The notes beneath the pieces were generated by a model. The model saw only the letters and a program-made list of their open reading frames with translations, was not told the origin of the DNA and did not search any database. Shown in pieces: positions 22,901-35,591 of a stretch of 64,000 nucleotides of DNA; position 1 is the stretch's first letter, and each line of letters begins with the position of its first letter. The DNA is from Acanthaster planci (taxonomy: Eukaryota), in NCBI RefSeq assembly GCF_001949145.1, contig NW_019091359.1, forward strand, positions 573,839-637,838. The letters are read 5' to 3'. Position numbers and translations under genes: made by a program.

Positions 22901-25482
22901 TTGTAATGAACATTTATTTCATTGCTTTTAATTTTACTTACAAGTTCCCTGAAACAGTTAAACTCACTTTCATTTTAATGTGGCAGACTCATGAAGTCTA
23001 GGGCGTACAATTTGACATTTCACATATTCTGATGACTTCTTGCTTGCTTAGCCTGTAAGTCTCCCAGTTGGGACAGGCGACAGTGATTACCTACTGACCA
23101 TCAGTGCCTTCAACATTCTGTTGATGGGGCACACATCACGACTTTCCTACCATGTATTCTCGAAGTAATCTGTACCTTTAATCAGAAATGGGATGGTCTG
23201 ATGCATTTGTTTAAAGAAAGTTGGTTCTAGTAACATACTGTAACTTACGCACATAACGTAGCATGTACAGATCTCTTGCTAGAAATAAACCCCCTATTTT
23301 TTTAATTAAACAAACAAATAATTTTATCAGTTCAAAAGACTGCAATTATCTCATGAGAAAGAACCCCTCCTCCAGAAGGTAAGAATTATGCAACTTTGTA
23401 AATTGTGACATTAAATTTTTTTTGTAGAAAGTACATTTATAATGCTTTTATTAACAAGATGGAAGCCAGCTGCGTAGACACAAGAATCTCCCAAGGATGG
23501 GAATAAAATGACTTGATACACTTGTCATATTGCTAGTTTTGATCTGGACATGTTCAACGGTGTAATTCATATGATGCCAGTTCCGTATTTGTTACCATTG
23601 ATAGTACACATGTGTATGTTAATAACAGTACTGCGTTACTGAACATGCCCCTGGAAGCACCAGCAGATACAGTCCCCCCCTCCCCATTGGCATCTTGCCA
23701 ACATCACCCTCTGCAACCCGTGGTTGGTGCTACAGTACCTCACCAGTCAAAATATCATCAGATGTTTCTTGCTTTGTCAGCTGCTTCCTACAGGGTACTC
23801 TAGAAGTCGCTTCTGCCAATTATTGACAACTTGTACTGCAAGTTGACAATTTTCTTCCTTCCAATATTAAAAATGATGCTATTCCCCCAGAACAGTTGAT
23901 TTGAAACATGTGAGGGAGACATTTTATATATGTCAGTATGAATCTAGTATTCCTTTCCTATTCAGCATGGCATGACCAGTAATTGGTCTGTCTATACATG
24001 CCAAATTATAAAAAGAATGGGCTTATCTATTTTTTCCCAACTGTATAGTATTTTTCTTTCTTTCTTTTATTTTGAAATGTTACCTTCAAATAAAAGACAG
24101 AATCAAAATACACATACAACTTAACTGTTGACAGCAGCCCAGGGTGCAAGTTTACAGAGAGCTTGTTCCTCAGCTTATGACATCCACATTCATATTCTTT
24201 GTGCATGAGTGCATTACTAATTATCTTTTGTAAATACTACAATGGACCATCCCTGCTGAGTAAAAGCAACCATTCAGTTGTTTTCACATGGAGTACTCAA
24301 CTCTTTTGGTTGAAATACAGCATGACATCAAGAATGTTGAAATACATGTATTCTTGAACTATCTGACCTTTTTCCACTTGCTGGTCCCTTGCCCAACGGT
24401 GTGACATGTTTCTTTGGCATTTAGTCTCACAAACCTCACAAGTAGCTGGTTTTGTGGTTTGCTTCATTCAGAGCAAACATTTTGGCAATGGAAACCTTAT
24501 CCAAGAAAATCCCTGGGAAACAATAATATTGGCCAATAAAGGAAATTCAAATCTGAAAAGTGGAAGCACCAAGGTGTATAGTGAAGTCAAGCAGGCAAAG
24601 GATGCGGCAGCGGCCTGGCCGCTCACGCATGCACTCAGGAAATATGTAGACAGACCTGGTCAAGACTAGCCTTGGAGTCGTCATTTCTCGTTTGATAGAT
24701 TGAATAAAGACCTAAAAACTTCGGGCAAGATGTTCTTTTCAACAAATTGGATCTTTGTCCCAAAGCTTTTTGTGAAGCAATGTCCAAATGTTCACATACA
24801 CACTGTGTATATTAGAGAATGAAATTAGTTTTGAAAAAGGGAAAGATTGAGCAAACAAGCAAGCAGGCAAAGGCAGAAAGAAAAATGCACAAATCAACTG
24901 GTTAACAGCACTGATAAATTCTGCTATTTGTTCCACCTTCTTACTGTGGCACCACAAGGACACTGGCCGACTATCATCAATGTAAAATGAGATGGCTATT
25001 TTATTTCTTTGAACATTTGCAAGCAGAATTGCTCATTATTAAAAAGTACACTTTGTTGCCCTTTCATTTCATTCTCTTCATTTCACACCTGGGATAAGCC
25101 ATTATATATGTGATACAATAATTGTAAACTTCAACAATGCACCAGGTCAAGTCAAGAGCAACTAGATTTTCTAACTGAAATCATGTTTGGAGGAAACACT
25201 TTGTTGTTGCATCCAGCTGGACACCAGTAACTCCCTTATCTAAAAATCACAGTTTAACTGTTCATTTTGAATGTGTCCACAACGAACAATTCTGCAAATG
25301 GATAAGTCCCTTCCGTAAGACCAATGCATACATCACTTCTCACTCTACATACATGTTATCACAAAGCCAGATATGGCAAGTAATACTCTCAAGTATCGAG
25401 GAGCCTGATAATAGCTCTGTCACTTCGAAAATATTTCATTGTTTATAAAGTAGAAAGTTCTACGGATTGTTAACAGTCCCAT

Positions 25483-25778
25483 TTTTCAACCTAAATTTGA
25501 TTTAAACATTGATTTCCATTACAGGCCTATCCTTTACCAGAAATATGGGATTGGAATTCGATCCACGCCTTCTTTACAAATCTCTCTCTATAGGCTTAAC
25601 AGATTGTTTCTGGTGGGCCTGATGGTTGTTTTCAACCTAAATTTGATTTAAACATTGATTTCCATTACAGGCCTATCCTTTACCAGAAATATGGGATTGG
25701 AATTCGATCCACGCCTTCTTTACAAATCTCTATCTATAGGCTTAACAGATTGTTTCTGGTGGGCCTGATGGTTGTTTT
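25483..25778. repeat. two-copy 146-bp tandem duplication
   Basis: ttttcaacctaaatttg...gggcctgatggttg repeated with period 146 and one visible mismatch. Confidence 0.92.
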
Positions 25779-28169
25779 TATATTCATTGATTGTTATCGC
25801 TTTTTTAGGGTACACGAACTTAAAACCATTTTTCAATTATTATTTATATGTTAGAATAGCAATGGTAGCCAAATTTTATACATCTTCTGTTATTTGCTAT
25901 AATCTTTTTGGGTGGTGGGGATGAGGGAGTAATCCAATACAATTATTAAATTGTACGATACGAAAATCACCCTCTGATTCAACAAGCAGAATGAGATATT
26001 GTTGGGCCGTTGGATACAACAGAGAATAAAACTCTATTGAAAAGTATTTCAAATATGAGTGATTAGATAAAAAAGTTACTTCAATATCACATACTTTGGT
26101 AACACTTATGTGACTTATATTCTGTACAGTATAAACCACACTTAATGGACATTGAAAATCAAATGTTAAAACATTCAAGTGTACCCTTCAAAATTACAGC
26201 ATAAACAGAAAAAAGGCACAACCTAAATAAAAAATCCCTTGATACACTTTTCAGATTCAAAGTCTGAGCAAAATTTCAATCATGGCTTCTTCTTTAAACT
26301 AATGTACTAATGAATTACAAAGTATTTTGTTTTAAATTTCCCTGTAAGAGGAAATTAAAACCTCCTCAAACAAAGTCTTTGACGAAAAAAAACCAAAAAC
26401 CAAAAAGGATTTCTTTAACAAGACCCCTGGCTAATCCCCAATCATTCCACAAGCAACATGACTGTTCAATCCATCAAAACCATACCTTGCAATGTTTTAC
26501 TGTTGAATGTTTCTTTACCTTTTCATGGCTTTGCGATAACCAAACCAGAGAACTTGGCAAATCCAGTAATTTTTGTCCAGGGGAGGGGAGTCAGGCTCAA
26601 TTTTTTTTTGTGTGACCAATATTATTGTTGGTGACCGACAGACAAATATACATGTATCTAGTCATTACATTGTTACTGGTGTACATGTACAATTACGGTA
26701 CCCTTTTAATACAAGATGTCATTTTTTTAGAATTATGGCTGCAAATTGTTACTTCAATTGTTCATTTTTTTTGCTGTAAGAGCAGTGGGGTGGGTTTGAC
26801 CCAGAAACATTCCATCTGGATCAACAACTGCTAGAAGGAAGTATTTTACTTTGATTCAATAAGTAAAGTTTAACTTTTACTTATTTTTATCTGCTTTTTG
26901 GAATCGATTACATACGTGCACAACATAAAATGTATGAGCTTAGTGATGAAACAGACCAAGCTATCAATGTTATGAGCAGTGTCTTTAAATAAATGCAGCC
27001 TTTTAGATACATGCACTTGATATCACTGCAATAATATTGGATATTTTTTAAAGCAAATAGCAACATGGCAATGGCAATATTAATATTTTCATATAGAGCG
27101 GAAGTCAATTAATACTTTAATTGACCTATAGTGAGCAAAACAGGTAATTCAAACAACAAAATGCAAAACATTATGACGTGTATGCTTATTAAAAACCAAT
27201 ATCAAAATGTAAGTTACCCTTTGTAAAACATTGAGTAATGCAAAGTTTAATATCAACCTAAATTACGTAAGTTTCAATGCTCTTCAATTTTCCTTGTTAA
27301 ACATACAATAAAAATTCTAACACATGAACGAGTGCAATTGGCAATTGGAAAGGTTGAACAGTACAGAATTTCACACATTGGGATATGTGTACTGTTAACT
27401 GCCACCTAGAACACATTGCCTCACAACTGAGTTGAGCACACTTATCAGGTTCATGCTACGCATTTCAGTTTATCAGTCAAGGTGTGTCCACCTCTATCCA
27501 TTTTGTTTGTTTCCTTATCATTCAGAAAACTAGGCCTGCTACCTTGCAGCCAATTTACAACATTTCATTTTTCCTTTTATACATCATATAAGTCATTATC
27601 TTTGCAGGTTGCTGTTTTTGATTTTTTTTACTGAAATTCATTGCCTTCAGAAGAAGGATCAGACTGCTTGTTTTCAGAAATGTTAAAAAACTAAATTGAC
27701 TTCCTTTGGGAAAGTTTTGTTGATTCCAGAACAAAAAGCATGTCGGGACTTCATGTCAACACACTGACAATTTCAATTCTAATAGATTTCATTACTGGTT
27801 AAAAGTTGATTAAAGTCACAATTAATTGGTGGCATTAGCCGATCCCGATCATCGTCCAGGAGCACCAGGCAGACGTCAATGGAACAATTGTGGCCCTGAT
27901 GTCTGACACAATCTCACTAGTACCATGCAGAATATAATTGTAAATTTCCATTTCAAAATATCACAAGAGATTCTGTGAGATTCCAGTTGTGCATGCCCAT
28001 CCGTACATCATTGCGTGCAGTCGAAACAGAAAATGTTTCTGATTTTGTTTTCACATTTTAAACAGCAGAGTTTGCTCTTCTATTCCTAGTGACAAAGCAA
28101 CAATATCCTAAAATTTCAGCGTTCAAATCACAGGATCTACCCCTAGAGACTGCCTAGCAGAAGTATGGA

Positions 28170-30640
28170 AAACATGATTCAATATTCAGACCAAATGAGG
28201 CCGAAAAATCAGCAGCAAAACCCATCAAGCAGATGACCAAGTGTTCCCAAAGCCAACATGGCATTGCTGTCCAGTAAACTAGACAAGAAGTTGAAAGTCA
28301 CCGTGAAATCAACATTGGCTGATGAGGAAAATCCGAGAACACCATGTCTTCAAATCCAAAAGGAGCTACAGGCAGTGAAGTTGTAAAGCGCATTGTCTGG
28401 CTTGAAAAGCTGGTTGTGAGATAGCTAGGCAACTGACAGGGTAACACATCAATCACTGTACCATGTTATGCCCTATCCCAAGTATCAAAATGTATTTGTC
28501 ATACCTCTGTCTTGGATACCGTCTGTTCATTGGCCCAGAATGATTACACGCCAGGGCGACATATCTGCATATCACACTCACAGTGAGACATCTCATTCTG
28601 CCAAGAGCAAATGCATCTGACAGAAGAGCTTTGGGAAGTTCGAGAGCAACTGTTGTTGCTCATTTAATCAATTTTGCGTGGTACCTATGGTTACCAGGGA
28701 ATTCAATCCATGCTCGCGCTCATACAACAGGCTCATTCACGTCCCCGCAGCATATGAGGTAATGCAGGGACCATTAACCAGACTGCATGACATATGAACT
28801 TGTACTCACTGGTACTCGCACTTCTTTCACATTACGCAAGTACAGAAAGTGAGGGAACAGTGCATTCGCAGACAACACTGTTAATTATACAGTTTGACAG
28901 TTGGCCTAATTTTCAAAACGTCATATCCACATCACAGCAGTCAACTATTGTTAAATAATATAGCAATACCCCGCATCCGGAATCAATAATAAAACAGGCA
29001 ATCACCAAAGAAACAACTCAAGCAAGTGGCAAGCCAAAATCTGACACTAGCAGCAATCATCCAACCAAGCAGCCCACAGTGTAAATCATCATAGTGCAAT
29101 CTGATCTACTGCCATCACTAGTTAGACCAATTGCCATCTGGCCGTAAGCTGACAAAACGTGCTCAAAATGTGCAACAGGAGTCCACAATAAGGATGACAT
29201 AAAACCTTGTCACTCTACTATTGGTTTTCGGCCAAAATGCTGTCCATACACGAACAAATAACACCTTCATCTGGGCTTAGGGAAAGTGCTAAGAACAAGT
29301 ACTTCTACCCAGCAACAGTACCCTTATAAGAATGCCCTTATAGCTCTGCCCTCCTTTAGATCTTAACGCTAAATGAGCCAGGTTACTTTGACCCATCTCA
29401 CATAGGGGGGGGGGGAATTCTGCCCCTCCCCTGGGACTCAGCTGTGCCACATTCAATTGTTTTGAAACTTGGCATGCATGTAAAGACACCTCTTGTCGTG
29501 TCAAAAGCAAAGTTTGAAGTCAAACTTGCGGTTTTGTTGTAACGGTCATTTGAAGTTCAAGGCTACATTACATTCATATCAGTCCACATGCATTGAGCAC
29601 TGCAATGGAAAAAGTATACTTTTTTGGCTTACCTGCACAGGAAAATATACACTGTGCAAGAACAGTATGTTTGACTTTTGCAAAATTGGTGTCAAAATGA
29701 CAGTAAAAAGTTACTCTAAAATTCCTAAGGTTTAATTTGGAAAAAGTGTTTAGGGGGGCGGATTTGCCCACCCCCCAATCTTTTAGGGATAATAGCCCCA
29801 TCTATTTATACATCAATCATTGTACCTTACATGTATTAGACCCTACCCATGTATCAAATGTATATAATATACATGTATATGTAGCAATAACCTGCATCTG
29901 GAATCAACAATAAACGAAGCAACTATCCAAGGAAAAACAACTCAAGCTTGTGAAGAACACACAATCTTACACTGTGAGGCTGCTGTGCCCAAAGTCAACC
30001 CACAAATTTTGGAGAATATAAACACACACTCAAAGTCTTGTGATCTGAATCTAGAAAGGGTACAAAAGCCCTTGATCAAAGGAATTACTGCCCTTGTGAT
30101 AGCTTGTGAAGGACTACAACCAACTTCGAGTTGAACTGCTCCAGGAAGGAACTGATCAAATGGAATCTACATCCCACTTTGCACTGTGTGAAAATTAGAA
30201 AAAATGTCAAGGCCCCCCCGGCTCTTTTTAGGGTTAAAGTCTGATGAAGCATTGGCAGTGGATATGAAAATTACAAAACTCCTTCAGAAAGACGTCATTG
30301 AAGTTTCAGATCCAGAAAGTGGCCAGTTAATATAAATTGTCCAAAACCTCAAAACGTACCTCTGCCAAACAGCACAGCTTTCTTGGCAGAAAGGAGTATC
30401 AACAAGCTAGCTTTTCATTAGCTTCAAGAAGCCACATGCAGCAGTGAGCAAAAATACAACTGCAGGGTGGATTAATATTGTCATGAGCCATGCAGGAGTG
30501 GACACACTGGACAATTCAAGCCGCATTCAACTGGAGCAGCCCCAACTTCAGCTGCAAGGAGGCTACAGGTACTCATCCCAGAAATTTTTTGGATGATAGG
30601 ATGGAGCAGAGGCTACTTTCCAGAAATACTACAACAAGCA
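28170..30640 (+). mobile_element. decayed DIRS-type (tyrosine-recombinase) retrotransposon
   Basis: 30411-30638 translates (with frameshifts) to LFISFKKPHAAVSKNTTAGWINIVMSHAGVDT..FKPHSTGAAPTSAA..IPEIFWMIGWS..TFQKYYNK, the DIRS YR C-terminal pattern. Weaker RT/RNase H-like remnants at 28190-28790 (NEAEKSAAKP, TVVAHLIN). Confidence 0.75.
29367..29788. mobile_element. TTAA-flanked MITE (piggyBac-like ends), same family as 52733-53140
   Basis: ttaa|cgctaaatgag...ttttaggg|ataa; internal similarity to 52733-53140; a further right end lies at ~30200-30237. Confidence 0.65.
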
Positions 30641-31456
30641 CTTCACCTGTAAGCAAGATAACATGGCTGATTCACTGTTGCAGAGGAGCCAATTTGTTGC
30701 AAGGTTATTCCAGACTTTATATAACTGTCCAAACTGACATCTTAAATATAACTGTCTACATGGAGGTCATTTGCAGTGATCTTTGAAAACAGTCGCTTTA
30801 GATTTTAAACCATATTGAACAAGCTTATTTTAAAACAAAGGACCCACAGAGGCCTACAACTTTGAAGTTATACCTTCATTGTTTATGTAGTTTTGCATGA
30901 TTGTTGCATGAAGTGATCTCACTTCTTGTAGTTCAGACAAGGAACAATTACAAATTTCACATGCCGGCATCATGTTGTGATGAGGGCAGAGTTTGTAGGA
31001 TATGCTCAATCCTGAATGGTTTTAGACATCTGGATCATGTCAGGTAGAAAAGAAGGGCCCAGGCTGACAGCTCTAAAGAACCCTATTTTCTAGCTTAGAG
31101 TCCACTTCAAGGGACAATACCCACCAGAGGCATATTGTTCAATGGTGGACCCAACAGAAAGATTGCAACAGGTGTCACACTAGTAATAGCTACAGACTAC
31201 CCTGATTCACCAGCCGATTCAGCCACTGGCAGCATTGCCAGTTCCGGGTATTGACATCCTTGGGGCATTTCATAAGGAGGCTGACAAGAACACCAGTTCC
31301 ATAAGCACTGTGTGACACTGCTGAAGAGTTTAATAATCATAAGCTTTGAATAAACTCAGAATTGGCCACCTGTTTATTTTGAAGCCTTGTGGATTGTTTG
31401 AATCAAGTTCATTCTGGCCTTGGAAGGTTAGTCTTTGAGCTGCATCTGCTTCACAA

Positions 31457-34400
31457 TTAAAAGTCATTTGGAAGTTTGATGCAACAAAGTGCACCCAGAC
31501 CATCAGCAAAGAAAATGTGCCACTGCCTATCATCCTTGCCACTGACTGATGATCTTCCATTCTTTCCAAGTTTCAATTCCTGTGCTTCTTCCACCTTGGT
31601 TAGGACCTGTTTGAACTCGGCAGCAAACAAACAATGTGGACCCAGTCCAATAAAGGGGTGGATACCTCTAATGCAGCCATCCATGCCAAACCAGTATAGG
31701 TTCTCACGGTAGAGGGGAAGTTCTGTTGATTCAAACACAGAGACGGTGACAACAAATCCATCAATTTGGTTGAGGTGACAAGCTTCTGTTGGGACACCAG
31801 GAACCATGATCTTAGCAAGAATTGTTACAGGGGCTGATGGGCACTTTGTCGTGGACTTTGCTGAGACCCGGTCGGTGTGCTTAGCTCTCTGTAGAACAAA
31901 TACATGATTTGCAACTCCAAGAATCACTTGAATGCATTTGTCACCCTTGCCAAACTGTGGGGTAACAGACAGACTGTTTACCGACAGTGCCTTTAGGAAG
32001 CTTCTCTCTCCAGTCAAGAGAACACCACTCTTTCCAGAAGGGCAAGAAGGTTGGTCTGTACTATGCCCGTTTTCTCTGTACCTAGTCTCAATGGGTTCCA
32101 GTGTGGCTGAATCAAGAATCAATATGCGATCTCTCAATGAAACAAAAACCATGCTTTCAACAAGAATGAACTGCTCAATGGTTCCAAGTGGCTTTGTTTG
32201 AAACTGCATGGTTCCATTTGTACTTATCAGCCTCAACCTTGATTTGATTTTATTGGTATGAAGCACCATATCCGTGTGCTCCGGATCATTGTCAAGAATT
32301 TCAAGACTGCTTGCTACAACTACAAATGTCTGACAGTCCCAGACACTATGACTTTGAACAACTATCCCCTTGGTATCAAAGATAACAAGCCTTGGTTTGA
32401 AGGATTTTTCAACTGCAACAAGTATTTTTGCCGATTTGTCCACGTGACTATCCTGTGATGGCAGGCACCAAGTGGCATTTGGTTGATCAGGGCAATGAAT
32501 TACAGGTTTATTGAATGTTTCTGGACTTGTGCAGTCTACAAAGACTAAAGTGTCAATTTCACCGGTGTCGTATACATGTGTGGTTGATGCTGCTGTGTAG
32601 AAGGCAAGAACAGCTGTAGATCGTCCTACTAGTGTTACTCTCATGAGGACAATGCTATGTGTTTCCAGTTCACGAGGCCCATCTTCCTGAATAGACCTTA
32701 GCAGTTTCTTTTGTTGTTTTGGGGTCAGCTGTATGGAACTAACACACCTTCCAGGTGTCTTTCCCAATTTCCGTTTTATATCAATAAGGGTTAACCTTTC
32801 CCTGGAATCTCCATCCAATGCAGCTTTTAGAAAGTCAAACTGCATCTTTTTAGATTTAACAACACAGAAATCCAGGAAATCTAAGGCATCTTCCATAACC
32901 TTTGGATCATTACAGTAACCCTCATTTCTAAGCTGCTCCAAGATTGTCTCCTTTTTCTCAGCCATGATTGCCTCAACTAAATTCAGCTTGTGGCTACTGC
33001 CTTCACAACTGAAGTACAAAAGTGTTGCATGCGTGACAACCACCTCTTCCAGTTCCAGAAGTTTACTTTGAACAGTCCCTCTTTCAGCTACCATTTTATC
33101 ATTCCATGTGAGAAGGGAGACAACATTACCCACATCAGAGCTGTATATCTTGACCGAAGTTGGAATGGACGTGTCAAAGGTCAAGTCAAACTTGGTGACA
33201 TCATTCGATCCAAAGTCAGATTTGCAATTACTCCACGGCAGTGCCTCTTCTTCATGATATTGGTCAGGCACACAAATGCTGCCAGTGAAAGGGTCAAGCA
33301 ACAGTGGTCTCAAGGGTGGAAGGTTTTGTATTAAGCAACCTGTTAGAAAACCATCTTTATTCAGGTGCAGACATAGGTTTTTAACCTGATTGTCTGTTAC
33401 AGGCCAGTAAGGTGCATTCCAGATGTCTTGATACATATATTCATCATGGATTCTTCTGATGTCACAACCACAGAATCTGAATCGCCTTCTCCACACTAAC
33501 GGCAGAGTTCTCAGATGTTTAGGATTCATGAACCCCTGTTTGCCTGATTTATTGGTATGGCTTTGCCATTCTGAGAACACCCACCACGGATGAGGCTTTA
33601 TGTCTGGGCCAATAAACACTGATACAGCACCTGGTATCCGTTGTGCAAGTGCCTGACTATGTGATGCGTATTGTTGAACGTAATTCATGTAAGACTCCTC
33701 TGCTTCCATGACGTATCCCAGCATTGCTTCAACCAATGACAGATGAAGGTTTACCTGTGGAGCCCTGGCGGCAAGTCCCCTTAAGAGGTGTTTTGCTTCC
33801 AACAGCCATGCTGTATTTTGACCGACTGGGCAATCGCCATGAGTAGCTGGATATCCTGAGTGGCAGTGCAAAAAGGATTCAGCTGCCATTTGGACAATGT
33901 TTGGGTGATACTCTGGCTGGACAACCGCTGTGCTCCACGAATCTGCTGCTCTTACTGCCAGTGCATTGCACATAAGTCCCTCATCGAATGCAGTAGCCAT
34001 GAGCATCAAACTCTGCATTGAACAGTCTGCTGCTAAAGCAGGGATGTGAGTTGAACACTGGTCTGCAGCTTGTTGATAATAAGTAACTGCTGGTTCTGGC
34101 TGGCCAAAATACAAATGTGCCCGTGCTACTTCATTCAAGTACAAAGCTTTCTGCAAGATCCATTTACCCTCACTTGTTGACTGTACTTCATCTTCACCTT
34201 CACTCATCTGTGAAGGATCACTTTCCAAATCACTTGGCATTCGCTCAGCGATTCTTAGAAATATTTCTTTGGCTTTTGACATATCACCTCTGCTCCACCA
34301 TACATAAGCGACTGCAGGCTCAAAACAATATTTGACAAGCTTTGGGCAGACTCTTGCAAGGGCGCAGCTGACTCTCTTGATGGTCGCTTCCAAAGCTACT

Positions 34401-35122
34401 TCCACTGCTTCTTTCTCTGACTGTGTCCTTTCAGTATGTGGTTCTGACTTACGAAGAGGAAGTCTAAGAGGTAGCATCATCTGAATGGTATGGGCCAAAG
34501 CAGCAATACACCAGTCACTAGTCTCTCTCCCTTCCACTGCAACTGGTAAATACCAGCAGGACTCGTCACTGTACATACCAAATGTGTAGCCACAATACAA
34601 ATACTGACGTGCATTAAGATCCGTTTCCCATGCCGGACGGCAACCACGAAAGAAACCTGTGTCTGGAAGTTTGGAGGAATGGTTGACACATGGTCGCAAG
34701 TGATCCTCAATAGTCTTGTCTCTGTTAATGAGTTCGTTCAAGAGCCATGTCAGCTGGATTCTTTGCAGCCTCTTTCTTTCCTGTTGTCTCCTCAACAGAG
34801 GGCCAAGCCCCGGGGGGACATGGATGGGTTTTGTGTCATCGCTGCTAGACATGACCTCATTCATACAAAGATTCACCAAGGAGGGCACTCTGGATAAAAC
34901 AAATCCTTGGACTGGAATATCCGCGCTGGCAGAAGATCCTAAAGATTCGTCAGAATGATCTGATTGGTGTGGTAGTGAGAAACTAAAATTGAGCGTGTCC
35001 ACATCCTTGGAGTTATCAGGGAGGTCAACAAGTCTTCCAGAGTAGAAGTCATCCTCCCACCAATACATATCTTCCATTGATGCTTTGATGCTAGCCGCTT
35101 CAGTGTCCCTATCTTGTGCCAT
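31457..35122 (-). CDS. uncharacterised 1221-aa single-exon protein: BC-box/Cul2-box-like motif, TPR-like helices, C-terminal beta-rich (propeller-like) region
   Basis: 3.67-kb uninterrupted ORF. VPSLVNLCMNEV (aa79-90) then VPPGLGPLL (aa102-110); TPR-like AYVWWSRGDMSKAKEIFLRIAE and ALYLNEVARAHLYFGQPEPAVTYYQQAAD; last ~400 aa are short beta-strand-like hydrophobic segments ending HIFFADGLGALCCIKL. Candidate AATAAA at 31373-31378. Confidence 0.85.
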   Translation of the reverse strand: MAQDRDTEAASIKASMEDMYWWEDDFYSGRLVDLPDNSKDVDTLNFSFSLPHQSDHSDESLGSSASADIPVQGFVLSRVPSLVNLCMNEVMSSSDDTKPIHVPPGLGPLLRRQQERKRLQRIQLTWLLNELINRDKTIEDHLRPCVNHSSKLPDTGFFRGCRPAWETDLNARQYLYCGYTFGMYSDESCWYLPVAVEGRETSDWCIAALAHTIQMMLPLRLPLRKSEPHTERTQSEKEAVEVALEATIKRVSCALARVCPKLVKYCFEPAVAYVWWSRGDMSKAKEIFLRIAERMPSDLESDPSQMSEGEDEVQSTSEGKWILQKALYLNEVARAHLYFGQPEPAVTYYQQAADQCSTHIPALAADCSMQSLMLMATAFDEGLMCNALAVRAADSWSTAVVQPEYHPNIVQMAAESFLHCHSGYPATHGDCPVGQNTAWLLEAKHLLRGLAARAPQVNLHLSLVEAMLGYVMEAEESYMNYVQQYASHSQALAQRIPGAVSVFIGPDIKPHPWWVFSEWQSHTNKSGKQGFMNPKHLRTLPLVWRRRFRFCGCDIRRIHDEYMYQDIWNAPYWPVTDNQVKNLCLHLNKDGFLTGCLIQNLPPLRPLLLDPFTGSICVPDQYHEEEALPWSNCKSDFGSNDVTKFDLTFDTSIPTSVKIYSSDVGNVVSLLTWNDKMVAERGTVQSKLLELEEVVVTHATLLYFSCEGSSHKLNLVEAIMAEKKETILEQLRNEGYCNDPKVMEDALDFLDFCVVKSKKMQFDFLKAALDGDSRERLTLIDIKRKLGKTPGRCVSSIQLTPKQQKKLLRSIQEDGPRELETHSIVLMRVTLVGRSTAVLAFYTAASTTHVYDTGEIDTLVFVDCTSPETFNKPVIHCPDQPNATWCLPSQDSHVDKSAKILVAVEKSFKPRLVIFDTKGIVVQSHSVWDCQTFVVVASSLEILDNDPEHTDMVLHTNKIKSRLRLISTNGTMQFQTKPLGTIEQFILVESMVFVSLRDRILILDSATLEPIETRYRENGHSTDQPSCPSGKSGVLLTGERSFLKALSVNSLSVTPQFGKGDKCIQVILGVANHVFVLQRAKHTDRVSAKSTTKCPSAPVTILAKIMVPGVPTEACHLNQIDGFVVTVSVFESTELPLYRENLYWFGMDGCIRGIHPFIGLGPHCLFAAEFKQVLTKVEEAQELKLGKNGRSSVSGKDDRQWHIFFADGLGALCCIKLPNDF

Positions 35123-35591
35123 GCTAGCTTGGTAGTTTTCTCATAGAAGTTGATGCTTTAGCATGAAGCAAACACATCTGTGATGGATGAAACAGATAAA
35201 CATGTTACACTCTTCCATAAAGACATTCGCAGACTTTACAATTCTCTGAAAATGCATTAAAGCTTTGCAAGTTTTCTAAAAACATCTTGGACAAGGGAAA
35301 ATTTCTTGCTTGTTTTGCTATTGACAACTTTTAAAATTTTTTTGACATTCAACAGTCTCCAACTGAATGTTCTGGTGTTTACATGTTTATCATGTTCTTG
35401 ATATTGACAGAGCTTTTGTAGACAGGTGACTTGATCTACTACAAGAAAGTTTAATTACATGTATTTAGACCATCAGATAAACAATTCAACATGACATACT
35501 GGCATGTTGTGAAACCATTTTCAGGATGGTTGGTCCATTTTTCTGTTTTACCAATAACCATACTAACTCACTACATGTATTCACTTACGTA

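Noticed and set aside
31476..34958. Short + strand and alternate-frame ORFs overlapping the 1221-aa gene
   Set aside because: Shadow ORFs of a long coding sequence; no recognisable motifs.
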